From assembly GCA_965202985.1 (NCBI GenBank), contig CBDBCF010000002.1, positions 832,001 to 896,000 on the forward strand: a stretch of DNA of 64,000 nt. The letters run 5' to 3'. Both the position numbers and the translations under genes were made by a program. Position 1 is the first letter of the stretch. Each line of letters starts with the position of its first letter. Below are positions 54,407 to 63,829 of the stretch, piece after piece. The notes beneath the pieces were generated by a model. It had not been told where the DNA came from. It made no database searches and saw only the letters and a list, made by a program, of their open reading frames with translations. The DNA is from Longimicrobiales bacterium. Lineage in GTDB: Bacteria; Gemmatimonadota; Gemmatimonadetes; Longimicrobiales; Gaopeijiaceae.

Positions 54407-55015
54407 CTAGCCCCTGCCCGCCTCGGAGCGCGCCACCGCTTCCCGAAGGCGTTCCAGCGCTCGGTGCAGACGCACCGCCACCGCGTTGGTGCTGATCTCC
54501 AGGGCCTCGGCGATCTCGGCGTTGGTGAAGCCCGACCCGTAGCGGAGAGACAAGACCTCGCGGTCCACCTCCCGCAGCGTGGCCGCCGCGTTCAGCAGTC
54601 CCTGAACCTGCTCCTCGCGCAACAGGCGCTCTTCGGGCGACGCGCAATCGGACGCAAGATCGGGAACGCGGTCCAGCGACACGTAGAGCGATTGCTGGCG
54701 CTGAAGGGCTCGGAGGTGGTCGGTCACGGCGTTTCGGGCGATGCGCATCAGCCATGTTCGCGGCGCCGATCGCGCAGGGTCGTAGTGATCCAAGGACCGA
54801 AGCGCCTTCATGAAGACGTCCGAGGTGACGTCCTCCGCCGCCTCGCGGGTGGCCACGCGGAAGCGCACGTAGCGGTAGACGGGCTCGCGGTACTCGCGAA
54901 ACCACGCGTCGAAGTCGGGCGGCAGATCGGCGGCGTCCGAGGTCGAGGCCTGGTTCGAGGCCGTCTTCGCGCCGGCCCGTTGCCGGGCGGGAGGGTGCTT
55001 GGCCGTCCCCGCCAC
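54407..55015 (-). CDS. ECF RNA polymerase sigma factor
   Basis: AEDVTSDVFMKA, TWLMRIARNAVTDHLR, EIAEALEISTNAVAVRLHRALERLR. Confidence 0.93.
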   Translation of the reverse strand: MAGTAKHPPARQRAGAKTASNQASTSDAADLPPDFDAWFREYREPVYRYVRFRVATREAAEDVTSDVFMKALRSLDHYDPARSAPRTWLMRIARNAVTDHLRALQRQQSLYVSLDRVPDLASDCASPEERLLREEQVQGLLNAAATLREVDREVLSLRYGSGFTNAEIAEALEISTNAVAVRLHRALERLREAVARSEAGRG

Positions 55016-55021
55016 GATCCC

Positions 55022-56032
55022 CTAGCCCCCCGCTCCGACGTGGCGAACCAAGTCGGCCACTCGCGCCGAGTAGCCCCATTCGTTGTCGTACCACGCCAGG
55101 ACCTTGACCAGCCGCCGGTCCATGACCGACGTGCTCCGGGCGTCCACCACCGAACTCGCGGCCTCGCCGGTGAAGTCCACGGAGACCAGGGGCGCTTCCT
55201 CCACCCGCAGGAACCCCGCCAGCGGTCCCCGCGAAGCGGCCCGAAACGCCTCGTTCACCGCGTCCGCCGTCGCGTCCTGCGCCGTTTCCGCCACCAAGTC
55301 CACCAAGGAGACATCGGGGGTGGGGACCCGCACCGCCATGCCGTCCAGCTTGCCCTCCAGCTCGGGCAGGACCAGCGAGATGGCCCGGGCGGCGCCGGTG
55401 GTGGTGGGGATCATGCTCAGTACCGCGGCGCGCGCCCTGCGCAGGTCGGCTCGGGGGGCGTCCAGGATCGCTTGGCCGGCCGTGTACGCGTGAATGGTGG
55501 TCATCAGGCCCCGCACGAAGCCGAACCGTTCGGACAGCACCTTGGCGACCGGGGCCAAGCAGTTGGTGGTGCAGCTGGCGTTGGAGATCACGTGATGGCG
55601 CGCTGGGTCGTACCGGTGGTGGTTGACGCCCATGACCACCGTGATGTCCTCGTCCTTTGCCGGCGCCGAGATCACGACCTTCCCGGCGCCGGCGTCCAGG
55701 TGCTTCGTTGCGGACGCACGGTCCCGGAAGAGGCCGGTGGACTCCACGACCACGTCCACGCCCAACTCCTTCCAGGGCAGACGGGCCGGGTCCCGCTCGG
55801 ACAGCACGCGGATTTCGTCCCCGTCCACCTTGATGCATCCTTCCGACGCCTCCACAGAACCCGAATAGGGGCCGTGCACCGAGTCGTGCTTGAGCAGGTG
55901 CGCCAGCGTGCCCGGGTCCGCCAAGTCGTTGACGGCGACGAACTCCAGCCCGCCTGCGCCGGACTCGTTGGCGGCGCGGAGGACGTTCCGGCCGATGCGG
56001 CCGAACCCGTTGACGGCGACTCTGATGGACAT
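55022..56032 (-). CDS. gap: Glyceraldehyde-3-phosphate dehydrogenase type I
   Basis: VAVNGFGRIGR, SNASCTTNCLAP, WYDNEWGYS; start ATG 56032. Confidence 0.97.
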   Translation of the reverse strand: MSIRVAVNGFGRIGRNVLRAANESGAGGLEFVAVNDLADPGTLAHLLKHDSVHGPYSGSVEASEGCIKVDGDEIRVLSERDPARLPWKELGVDVVVESTGLFRDRASATKHLDAGAGKVVISAPAKDEDITVVMGVNHHRYDPARHHVISNASCTTNCLAPVAKVLSERFGFVRGLMTTIHAYTAGQAILDAPRADLRRARAAVLSMIPTTTGAARAISLVLPELEGKLDGMAVRVPTPDVSLVDLVAETAQDATADAVNEAFRAASRGPLAGFLRVEEAPLVSVDFTGEAASSVVDARSTSVMDRRLVKVLAWYDNEWGYSARVADLVRHVGAGG

Positions 56033-56057
56033 GGGCGACTTGCGTGGATGAAATTCG

Positions 56058-56858
56058 TCAGAGTTCACGGACGGAAACCTCGGGCACGGCCAACTCCCGG
56101 CCGACCGACGCTTCCTCTTGGAGCACGGGCGCTGTCCGCGCAAAGGCGTAGGCGAAGACGGACGCTGGCTTGCCGAGCGCCAAGGCCAGCGCTGCCGCGC
56201 GTATCGTGGCCCCGGTCGTCACCACGTCGTCCACGAGCACCAACCGCCGACCGGCGACCGCGTCCTTCCGGCCTTCCGCCAGCGCGAACGCACCACTGAC
56301 GTTAGCCCGCCGCTGCTCCGGGTTCAAGGTCGTCTGGGTTTCCGTCTGCCGCCGACGCTCCAGACACGGCAGCAACGGCAGCTCGAGGGCGTCGGCCAGG
56401 GCCGCGGCGATGACGCGGGCTTGGTTGTAGCCGCGTCGCCTGCGGTTGCGAGGCGAGGTCGGGACGGGAACCACGGCGTGGGCATCCCTGACCGATGCGC
56501 TGGCGCGGCGGGCCATCTCGGCGCCCATGAAGTCGCCCACGCCCTTCCATCCCTGGTACTTGAGAGCGTGGACCAGCTCCCGCGCGGGCGACTCCAACAT
56601 GCAGGCCGCCCGGGCGCCGACCACTAGCGCCGGCCACTCCGCGCACTCCAAGCAGGCGGGGGCGCGTCCCGTCCCCGAGGGCGCTCCGCAGCGGGAGCAT
56701 GCGGGCTGGGGTACGGGCGGCAGGCCCAGGCGACAGTCCATGCACACGGGCGCCGGCGGGTACTCGCCTCCGGTCGCCCCGCCGCAACCGGCGCAGCCCG
56801 GCGGCAGGAAGAAGTCGAGGACGGCGGCCGCCCTGCGGGGCAAGACGAGGGCAAGCAC
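56058..56858 (-). CDS. comF: ComF-family protein (double zinc ribbon plus PRTase domain)
   Basis: CxxC repeats, LKYQG, RGYNQA, LVDDVVTTGAT. Confidence 0.88.
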   Translation of the reverse strand: MLALVLPRRAAAVLDFFLPPGCAGCGGATGGEYPPAPVCMDCRLGLPPVPQPACSRCGAPSGTGRAPACLECAEWPALVVGARAACMLESPARELVHALKYQGWKGVGDFMGAEMARRASASVRDAHAVVPVPTSPRNRRRRGYNQARVIAAALADALELPLLPCLERRRQTETQTTLNPEQRRANVSGAFALAEGRKDAVAGRRLVLVDDVVTTGATIRAAALALALGKPASVFAYAFARTAPVLQEEASVGRELAVPEVSVREL

Positions 56859-56861
56859 GGC

Positions 56862-58154
56862 CTACCGAAGGGCCTCCGCCATGGCGCCCGGCGGCGGGTT
56901 CCGTTCGAACCAGCAGCGGTAGGAGGCCTCCGCCTGTCCGACCAGCATGTCGCGACCGTCGGTCGCATGGACCCCGAGGGCGGCGGCCTGCGCGGCCAAG
57001 GGCGTCGAGGTCTTGCCGTAGACCAGATCGATCACGGCGGCTGGGAGGCGCGTCAGGCCCTTCAAGTCCACGGGCGCCGCCTTTCCGTCCAGACCGACGG
57101 AGGTGGCGTTCACCACGACGTCCGGCGTGGTCCGGCGCCAGTCTCCGACGGCGCGAAGTCGATCGTCGCGAAAGTGCCTAACCAGGTCGGCCGCCCGGTC
57201 CGGAGAACGGTTCCACAGTTCGGCTCGGGCCAAGGGTCCGGTCTTGACCAGGGCGAACAGCACCGCTCGCGCCGCGCCGCCGGCGCCCAGAACCAGCACC
57301 GAGGGCCCGGCCGGCCCCCAGCGTCGGTCCGCCCCCGCCCTTTGACAGGAACGGCGCCACGTCCCCGTGAAGCCCTCCACGTCGGTGTTGTCTCCATGGA
57401 CCTTCCCATCCTGGGCCCAGAAGGTGTTGCACGCCCCCGTCGCCTCCACCGACTCCGACGCCACGTCCAGGAACGGCGTCACGCGCTCCTTGTGGGGCAC
57501 GGTCACGTTGCCGCCCCCGCCCGCCAGCGCCATGTCGCGGAGAACCAACCCGCAATCGGCTGCGCTCGTCGGTCGCGCCCAGTAGACGGCGTCCACGCCG
57601 GCCGCGCGGAAGGCCGCGTTGTGGAGGGCGGGCGACAGGCTGTGGGCCACGGGGTCGCCCAGCACGGCGTAGACGGCCCCGCTTCCACGCTCGGCGTACC
57701 CCCGGGTGAAGAGGCTCGCGAACAGCCTGCCCACGCGGACCTCGAGTTCGCGGAACGTTGCCCGATAGGTCTCGTCCGAGCCGCCGAAGGGATCGGAGAC
57801 CGGCGCGGGGCCTCCGCGTTCGTCCGCGAAGAGCCGGACCTTGTCTTCGCCGCCCAACTGAACTACCCGATCGACGTGGCGACGTTCCATGCACACCAGC
57901 ACGTCGGACCGGGCGACGGCGTCCTCCGTCAGGAGCGCGCTGCGGTGAGCCTGAAGGTCCAACCCTGCGACGGCGCTCGCCCGGACCGCGCCCTCGCTGG
58001 CCTGGGCGCCGACGAACGCCGACGTGCCCGCCGACTCCACCGCGACCGGGTTCCCCAGCTCGGCCAGTCCGATCTTGGCCGCGACTCGTCGGGCGATCGC
58101 CGCCGCCATGGGAGACCGGCAGGTATTGCCTGTGCAGACGAAGGTGAGCGTCAC
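56862..58154 (-). CDS. aroE: Fusion: LMW protein phosphatase (YwlE-like) plus shikimate dehydrogenase
   Basis: GTG 58154; FVCTGNTCRSPMA..DPFGG then GDPVAHSLSP, NVTVPHK, GDNTD, GAGGAARA, NATSVG in one open frame. Confidence 0.88.
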   Translation of the reverse strand: MTLTFVCTGNTCRSPMAAAIARRVAAKIGLAELGNPVAVESAGTSAFVGAQASEGAVRASAVAGLDLQAHRSALLTEDAVARSDVLVCMERRHVDRVVQLGGEDKVRLFADERGGPAPVSDPFGGSDETYRATFRELEVRVGRLFASLFTRGYAERGSGAVYAVLGDPVAHSLSPALHNAAFRAAGVDAVYWARPTSAADCGLVLRDMALAGGGGNVTVPHKERVTPFLDVASESVEATGACNTFWAQDGKVHGDNTDVEGFTGTWRRSCQRAGADRRWGPAGPSVLVLGAGGAARAVLFALVKTGPLARAELWNRSPDRAADLVRHFRDDRLRAVGDWRRTTPDVVVNATSVGLDGKAAPVDLKGLTRLPAAVIDLVYGKTSTPLAAQAAALGVHATDGRDMLVGQAEASYRCWFERNPPPGAMAEALR

Positions 58155-58834
58155 GACCCGGCCAGGAGAACGGGGGCGCCCGCCGCCTCCGACAGCGCGC
58201 CGGGGGCGATCGGCCCGGCGCGCAAGAGAACCGGGTCGGCGTTCCCGGCGCGAACGATCGTGGACGGCGCACCGCCCGGAAGCGGGCCGGCGTCCAGGGC
58301 GAAGAGATCGCGGCCTCGGGCCAGCGCTGCTTGCCGGGCTTCTTGGGCCGTGGCGGCGGGGCGGGCGCCCGGCGCGTTGGCGGAAGTGGAGGTCAGGGGA
58401 GCGGCGGCCGCGGCCAGAAGGGCCAAGGCCGTTGGGTGGCCCGGAACGCGCAGCGCCACCGAACCGTCGAGGGCCTTGGCGGCGGGATGGAAGCGATCCT
58501 CGGGGTCGTCCGCCACGAGCGTGAGCGGCCCGGGCCAGAACGCCCGCGCCAGGGCGCGCCCGGCCGGACCGAGCAATCCGTCGGCGTCCTGGGACCGGGG
58601 CAGCAGCACCACGAAGCCGCCCGACGGTCGGTTCTTCAGTTCTCGCAGGGCGGCCAGCGGCTCGGAGGCGAGCATGCATCCGAATCCGTAGACGGACTCG
58701 GTGGGGTGGACAACCAGTTCCCCGCCTTCGAGCCGACGGGCCGCCTCTTCCACCGGGTCGCTGCTCGGTGCCGCGCCGCCGCCGGAACAGATCGCGCCCC
58801 GCCCGGCGCCGGTCGCCGTCTCGTCTCTCCGCAT
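58151..58834 (-). CDS. tsaC: L-threonylcarbamoyladenylate synthase (TsaC/YrdC domain)
   Basis: PTESVYGFG, FWPGPLTLV, VALRVP, TSTSAN, PSTIV; start ATG 58834. Confidence 0.9.
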   Translation of the reverse strand: MRRDETATGAGRGAICSGGGAAPSSDPVEEAARRLEGGELVVHPTESVYGFGCMLASEPLAALRELKNRPSGGFVVLLPRSQDADGLLGPAGRALARAFWPGPLTLVADDPEDRFHPAAKALDGSVALRVPGHPTALALLAAAAAPLTSTSANAPGARPAATAQEARQAALARGRDLFALDAGPLPGGAPSTIVRAGNADPVLLRAGPIAPGALSEAAGAPVLLAGS

Positions 58835-59508
58835 CACACCAGTCCGCGCGACAGGTAGGCTTCGGCCGCCACCAAGTCCTCCGGCCGCGTGACCTTCAAG
58901 TTGCAGGACGAGGCGGCCACCATCCGCACCTCGTCCGAGCCCGCGAACTCGGCCATCGCGGCGTCGTCGGTGGGCGACGCGCCGGCGGCCCGACAACGGG
59001 CCAGCGCCTGGGCAAAGACGGCGCTCGGAAAGACCTGCGGCGTCTGGGCGTACCACAGCGCGCGCCGGTCGGGCGTCTCCAGGACTCTGCCCCGGTCGTC
59101 CGCGCGCTTCACCGTGTCCACGGCGGGGATGCCCGCGACCGCCACGACGCCTTGGGCGGCGGTCCTTATGCACCTTTCGATGGCGTCCGGCGGCGGAAAG
59201 GGGCGAGCGCCGTCGTGGACGGCCACGAGTTCGGCGCCCGACTGCGACGCGTCAAAGGCGGCTCCGACCGAAGCGAAACGCGTGCCCCCCCCTTCCACGA
59301 AGCGAACCCGAGGGTCGTGGTCGCCGGCCTTCGGGGCCCCCTGCCCCACGGCAACGACCACCTCCGCCACGTCCTCCCGAGCCAGGAACGGCGCCAGCGC
59401 CCACTCCAGGACGCTCCGCTCTCCCAGCCGAATCCACGGCTTGCGCGCACCGCCCATGCGGACGCCGGCCCCGGCCGCGGGCACAAGGACGACCACCCTG
59501 GGCGTCAT
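58834..59508 (-). CDS. ispD: 2-C-methyl-D-erythritol 4-phosphate cytidylyltransferase
   Basis: PAAGAGVRMG, VHDGARP, DTVK, AQTPQVF, TDDA, NLKVTRPED. Confidence 0.93.
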   Translation of the reverse strand: MTPRVVVLVPAAGAGVRMGGARKPWIRLGERSVLEWALAPFLAREDVAEVVVAVGQGAPKAGDHDPRVRFVEGGGTRFASVGAAFDASQSGAELVAVHDGARPFPPPDAIERCIRTAAQGVVAVAGIPAVDTVKRADDRGRVLETPDRRALWYAQTPQVFPSAVFAQALARCRAAGASPTDDAAMAEFAGSDEVRMVAASSCNLKVTRPEDLVAAEAYLSRGLV

Positions 59509-61001
59509 GCCGCGTGTTCGTCGGGCTCCGGCCCCTTGGCCACCGAGTCGAAGCGGGTGTACGCCTTGTGAAAGTACAGGTCCACGGTCCCCGTCGGGCC
59601 GTTCCTTTGCTTGGACACGATCAGCTCGGCCTTCCCCTCCAAGGAGTTTCCGTCCTTGTCGGTCGGTCCGTGGTAGTACTCCTGGCGGTAGAGGAACATG
59701 ACCAGGTCCGCGTCCTGCTCGATGGAGCCGCTCTCGCGCAGGTCGGACAGCTGCGGCCGCCGGTCGGGACGCTGCTCGGGCGCCCGGCTCAGCTGGCTCA
59801 ACGCCACCACCGGGACCTCCAGCTCGCGTGCCAAGGACTTGAGCCCTCGGGATATCTCGCCCACCTCCTGGACCCGATTCTCGGTCCGTCGGGCCCCGGT
59901 CATGAGCTGGATGTAGTCGACGACGACCAGTCCCACGTCCTCCTCGGCCTTGAGGCGGCGCGCCTTCGCCTTCATCTCCAGCACGTTGGCCGTGGCCGAG
60001 TCGTCAATCCATATCCGGGCCGTGTTGAGCAGTCCGGCGGCTCGAGCCAAGCGCTGGTACTCGTCGTGGGCCAGCTTGCCGCGCCGCAGCCGCTGGGCGT
60101 CCACCCGGCCCTCGGCGCACAGGAAGCGCTGCACCAGCTGCTCCTTGGACATCTCGAGGCTGAAGACCGCCACCGGCACTTCGTGCTCGATCGCCACGGA
60201 CTGCGCCACGTTCAGCACCCACGAGGTCTTCCCCATGGCCGGCCGGGCCGCCACGATCGCCAAGTCGCCCGGGTGGAGTCCCGTGGTCATGCGGTCCAGG
60301 TCCCGGAAGCCCGTCTCGAGTCCGGGGATGTCGGTCGCCGAGTCCTGAAGGCGCTCGATGTGCTCGAAGACGGGGTACAGCACCTCCTTGATCCACACGA
60401 ACCCTTCGCGGTCGCGGGACTCGGACACGCGAAAGACCCTCTGCTCCGCTTGGTCGAGGACCTCTTCCACGGTTCGCTCGCCCGGTTCGTGGACGTCCCG
60501 CTCGATGGCGTGCGCCGCGTCGATGAGCCGCCGAAGGAGCGCCTTCTCGCGCACGATGCGGGCGTGGTACTCCAGGTTGGCCGCCGTGGGCACGGCCTCG
60601 AGCAGCGTGGCCAAGTACTCCAAGCCGCCGGCCTGCTCCAGGTCGTTCGCCTTCTTGAGCTCCTCCGCGACGGTGATCACGTCCACGACGCTGCCCCGCT
60701 CGAAGAGGCGGACCATGGCCCGGAACAGCCGGCGATGCGCCTCCCGGTAGAACATGGAGTCGTCCACGGCCTCGACGGCCTTGGCCACGGCGTCGCCGTC
60801 GATGATCATCCCGCCCAGCACGGACGCCTCCGCCTCGGGCGAGAACGGCGGCTGTCGGTCGTAGGCGGGCGCCGGCGCGAGGAAGGCAGACGCAGACGCG
60901 GGCGCAGGGCCGTGGCCGGCGTCGGACGCAGGGCCGGCGGCAGGGTCGTTCGCGGGCTCCCGCATGGGCTCGGCCGGGGGAACGGAAGGCGGGGGGTTCA
61001 T
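59505..61001 (-). CDS. dnaB: Replicative DNA helicase
   Basis: AEASVLG, AARPAMGKT, FSLEM, VVDYIQLM, ALSQLSR, SDLRESGSIEQDAD, KQRNGPTG; start ATG 61001. Confidence 0.97.
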   Translation of the reverse strand: MNPPPSVPPAEPMREPANDPAAGPASDAGHGPAPASASAFLAPAPAYDRQPPFSPEAEASVLGGMIIDGDAVAKAVEAVDDSMFYREAHRRLFRAMVRLFERGSVVDVITVAEELKKANDLEQAGGLEYLATLLEAVPTAANLEYHARIVREKALLRRLIDAAHAIERDVHEPGERTVEEVLDQAEQRVFRVSESRDREGFVWIKEVLYPVFEHIERLQDSATDIPGLETGFRDLDRMTTGLHPGDLAIVAARPAMGKTSWVLNVAQSVAIEHEVPVAVFSLEMSKEQLVQRFLCAEGRVDAQRLRRGKLAHDEYQRLARAAGLLNTARIWIDDSATANVLEMKAKARRLKAEEDVGLVVVDYIQLMTGARRTENRVQEVGEISRGLKSLARELEVPVVALSQLSRAPEQRPDRRPQLSDLRESGSIEQDADLVMFLYRQEYYHGPTDKDGNSLEGKAELIVSKQRNGPTGTVDLYFHKAYTRFDSVAKGPEPDEHAA

Positions 61002-61918
61002 GCGGAGGCCTCGGCTGCGGGGGTCCGCGTTGCCGTTGCGGCGCGCGCTTGGTCCATCACTTGCCGCAACAGCTGAAGGTCGTCCCAGGCCGGCCGGCTC
61101 CATCCGGCGTTCCGGAGCAGCGCCGCGGGATGATAGGTCACCACGAGAGGCACGCCCCCGTAGCTGTGCACCTGGCCGCGCAACTTGCCCAGCGCCTTCC
61201 GCGAGCCGGTGAGCCACTGCGCCGCGAAGCTCCCCGTGGCCAGCAGGACCTCCGGGGCCACCAGCTCGAGCTGCCGCTTCAGGAACGGTGCGCACGACTC
61301 GATCTCGACGGGCGCCGGATTGCGGTTCCCGGGCGGTCGACACTTGAGCACGTTGCAGATGTAGACGGAGTCCTTCCGCGACAGCCCGACCGAGGCCAGC
61401 ATCAGGTCCAGCAGCTTGCCCGCCTGGCCTACGAACGGCCGCCCCGTCCGGTCCTCTTCGGCGCCCGGCGCCTCGCCCACGACGATCAGACGCGCCTTGG
61501 GGTTGCCGTCGGAGAAAGCCACGCGCGTGCGACTCTTGGAGAGCGAGCACCGGGTGCACGCCAACGCCAGCTCGCGGAGCTCGTCGTAGCCCGCGTTCTC
61601 GGCGGCAGGGTATCCGGGCGCACCAGAAGGCTCCGGCGAAGCGGCGGCGGCACGACGGCCCCCGCCGGGCAACCCGCCCGCCCGTGCACCCCGGCTTCCG
61701 GCGTACGGCCGAACCGGTTTCGCGCGCCGTCCGCGCGCTGCGGACCCGCGCGGCTCGTCGGCGCGCTGCGGCTCCGAGGCCTTTCGGACGGCCGCTACGA
61801 GGTTGGCGAATTCGCCGGGCTCGATGGCGGTCGGAACCAAGCCGGGATCACCCATCCGACGACGCTGGTCCAAGTATCCGGCCAGCAGGGCCGGGCCCGA
61901 GCCACGGTCAGCCGTCAC
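60998..61918 (-). CDS. Uracil-DNA glycosylase family 4
   Basis: CTRCSL, VGEAPGAEED, PFVGQAG, KCRPPGNR, TYHPAALLR. Confidence 0.92.
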   Translation of the reverse strand: MTADRGSGPALLAGYLDQRRRMGDPGLVPTAIEPGEFANLVAAVRKASEPQRADEPRGSAARGRRAKPVRPYAGSRGARAGGLPGGGRRAAAASPEPSGAPGYPAAENAGYDELRELALACTRCSLSKSRTRVAFSDGNPKARLIVVGEAPGAEEDRTGRPFVGQAGKLLDLMLASVGLSRKDSVYICNVLKCRPPGNRNPAPVEIESCAPFLKRQLELVAPEVLLATGSFAAQWLTGSRKALGKLRGQVHSYGGVPLVVTYHPAALLRNAGWSRPAWDDLQLLRQVMDQARAATATRTPAAEASA

Positions 61919-61931
61919 GTGTCCCGCCCCG

Positions 61932-63218
61932 TCAATCGGCGTCGCCCTCGGCCGGGCCTCCCCGGCGGATCATCGCTTCTTCGGCCAGGTTCAGAACCTC
62001 GTCGGCGAGGGCCGCCTTGCTCATGAGTTCCAGCTCCACGCGGGGGCCGCCCCTGGACAGGACCACCGCCTCGTTGGCGGCCGACCCGAACCCCGAGCCC
62101 TCCCGGCCCGCCAAGTTGGCCACGATCAGGTCGAAGCCCTTCTCGGTCATCTTGCGACGCGCGCGCTCGACGAGATTGGAAGTTTCCAGCGCGAAGCCGA
62201 CGGACACGGCGCCCGGCTTGGCCAGCGGAACCGCCTGCGCGGCGATGTCCGGGTTGGCCACGAGACGCAGGTCCAGCTCCTTCCCGGTGGACTCCCGCTT
62301 GATCTTGTCGGCGGCGGGCGAGGCCGGGCGATAGTCGGACACGGCCGCGGCATAGACGGCCAAGTCCGCGCCGCCGACCCGGTCCAGCACGGCGTCCCGC
62401 ATCTCCTCGGCGGTCTCGACGGCCACGACCTCCACTCCATCGGGGGGCGCGATCTCGCACGGCCCCGCGACCAGGGTCGCGTCGGCTCCTCGGCGCCGCG
62501 CCGACGCCGCCACCGCATACCCCATGCGCCCGGACGACCGAGCGCCCACGTAGCGAACCGGGTCCACGGGCTCGCGGGTCGGGCCGGCGGTCACCAGGAC
62601 CTGCTTCCCCTGCAGCGCGGACCCTTGGGACAAGGCCCTTCCCACCGCCTCCACGATGCTTCGCGGCTCGGCCATCCGGCCCGTTCCTTCTCCCTCTCCC
62701 GCTCCCAGCGGCCCTTCCGCCGGCCCCGTCGCGCGGTAGCCCAGCGTCGCCGTCAGGTGGGCCAGGTTGGCCTGCGTCTGCGGATGGGCGAACATCCGGC
62801 TGTTCATCGCCGGCGCCAGCACGACCGGGGCGTCGGCTGCCAGAAGCACCGCCGACGGCAGGTCGCCGGCCATGCCCGCGGCCGCGCGCGCAAGAAAGTC
62901 GGCCGTGGCGGGGGCCACGCACACGCAGTCGGCTTCTCGCGCCAGCCGAACGTGAGCCGCCGCGCCGCGAGACGAGAACGGGTCCGACACGGGCCGACGG
63001 CCGGTGACGCCCTCGAACGCCAGCGGAGTGACGAAGTTGCGGGCCGCCTCGGTCAGCACCACGTCCACGACCGCCCCGTACAGCGTCAGATCGCGGGCGA
63101 CCTGAACGACCTTGTACGCGCTGACGCCCCCGCACACACCCAGGACGACGCGCCGGTCCTTCCAGGGTCTGCAGGGCTCTCGGACCGGGTAGACCGACCC
63201 GTCCTCCGACAGCCGCAC
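61932..63218 (-). CDS. coaBC: Bifunctional phosphopantothenoylcysteine decarboxylase/synthase
   Basis: GGVSAYK, APATAD, APAMN, TAGPTREPVDPVR, SSGRMG, AAVSDY, VGFALET. Confidence 0.95.
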   Translation of the reverse strand: MRLSEDGSVYPVREPCRPWKDRRVVLGVCGGVSAYKVVQVARDLTLYGAVVDVVLTEAARNFVTPLAFEGVTGRRPVSDPFSSRGAAAHVRLAREADCVCVAPATADFLARAAAGMAGDLPSAVLLAADAPVVLAPAMNSRMFAHPQTQANLAHLTATLGYRATGPAEGPLGAGEGEGTGRMAEPRSIVEAVGRALSQGSALQGKQVLVTAGPTREPVDPVRYVGARSSGRMGYAVAASARRRGADATLVAGPCEIAPPDGVEVVAVETAEEMRDAVLDRVGGADLAVYAAAVSDYRPASPAADKIKRESTGKELDLRLVANPDIAAQAVPLAKPGAVSVGFALETSNLVERARRKMTEKGFDLIVANLAGREGSGFGSAANEAVVLSRGGPRVELELMSKAALADEVLNLAEEAMIRRGGPAEGDAD

Positions 63219-63222
63219 GCGG

Positions 63223-63441
63223 CTAGACCGGATCCGGCTTGCGGCGCTTGACTAGGCGGTACTCCACTTGGCCCGACGTGATCGCTTCCAGGGCCCGAGT
63301 GGACAGCTTCTTCTGGTCGGCCACGATGACGGCCTCGCGGGGAAGCAGGTTCAGCTCCCTCGCGTACTTGGCGGCCACGAGCACGCCCAGGTACTTGCTC
63401 TGGTTGTTCTCGGCGACCTCGCCGGGGGTAAAGACTCTCAC
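63223..63441 (-). CDS. rpoZ: RNA polymerase omega subunit
   Basis: GAGGTG then GTG 63441; SKYLGVLVAAKYARELN..KLSTRALEAITSG; upstream of coaBC as commonly seen. Confidence 0.8.
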   Translation of the reverse strand: MRVFTPGEVAENNQSKYLGVLVAAKYARELNLLPREAVIVADQKKLSTRALEAITSGQVEYRLVKRRKPDPV

Positions 63442-63556
63442 TTCGCCAAGCACCTCTTGGGAATCTGGGTACGGACGCGGGAAGGGGCAACAAAGGTACA
63501 AAGAACGGGGTGGGAGGACCACCCTGCGCGGACCGTGTAGAGCGTGGGCGGCCCCG

Positions 63557-63790
63557 ATGCCGCCCGCCGCCGTCCGTCGCGCTCTTCGCGGCACCAGAAT
63601 CACTGCGGTGTCGGGACGAGAACTATACGAGGCACTGGGGCCGCTGCTTCCTACCACCATGCTGTTGATCGACGATGGTGGAACGATCCTGATGGCCGAC
63701 TCGAGAAAAGCAAACACAGAGTGCGGATGGAGCTTCGAGGCCCAGGTGGGAGCCCTTCGCAGGGTTTTCTCCAGCGCTCTGATCCGCTAG
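63557..63790 (+). pseudogene. Probable 5'-truncated redoxin-like remnant
   Basis: LYEALGPLLPTTMLLIDDGGTIL resembles the C-terminal P-x-x-hhhD-x-x-G-x-I strand of TlpA/redoxin proteins; no CxxC half present. Confidence 0.35.
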
Positions 63791-63829
63791 TAATCCCACA
63801 TTCACGCCAAGACCCAAGGAGACGAAAAC

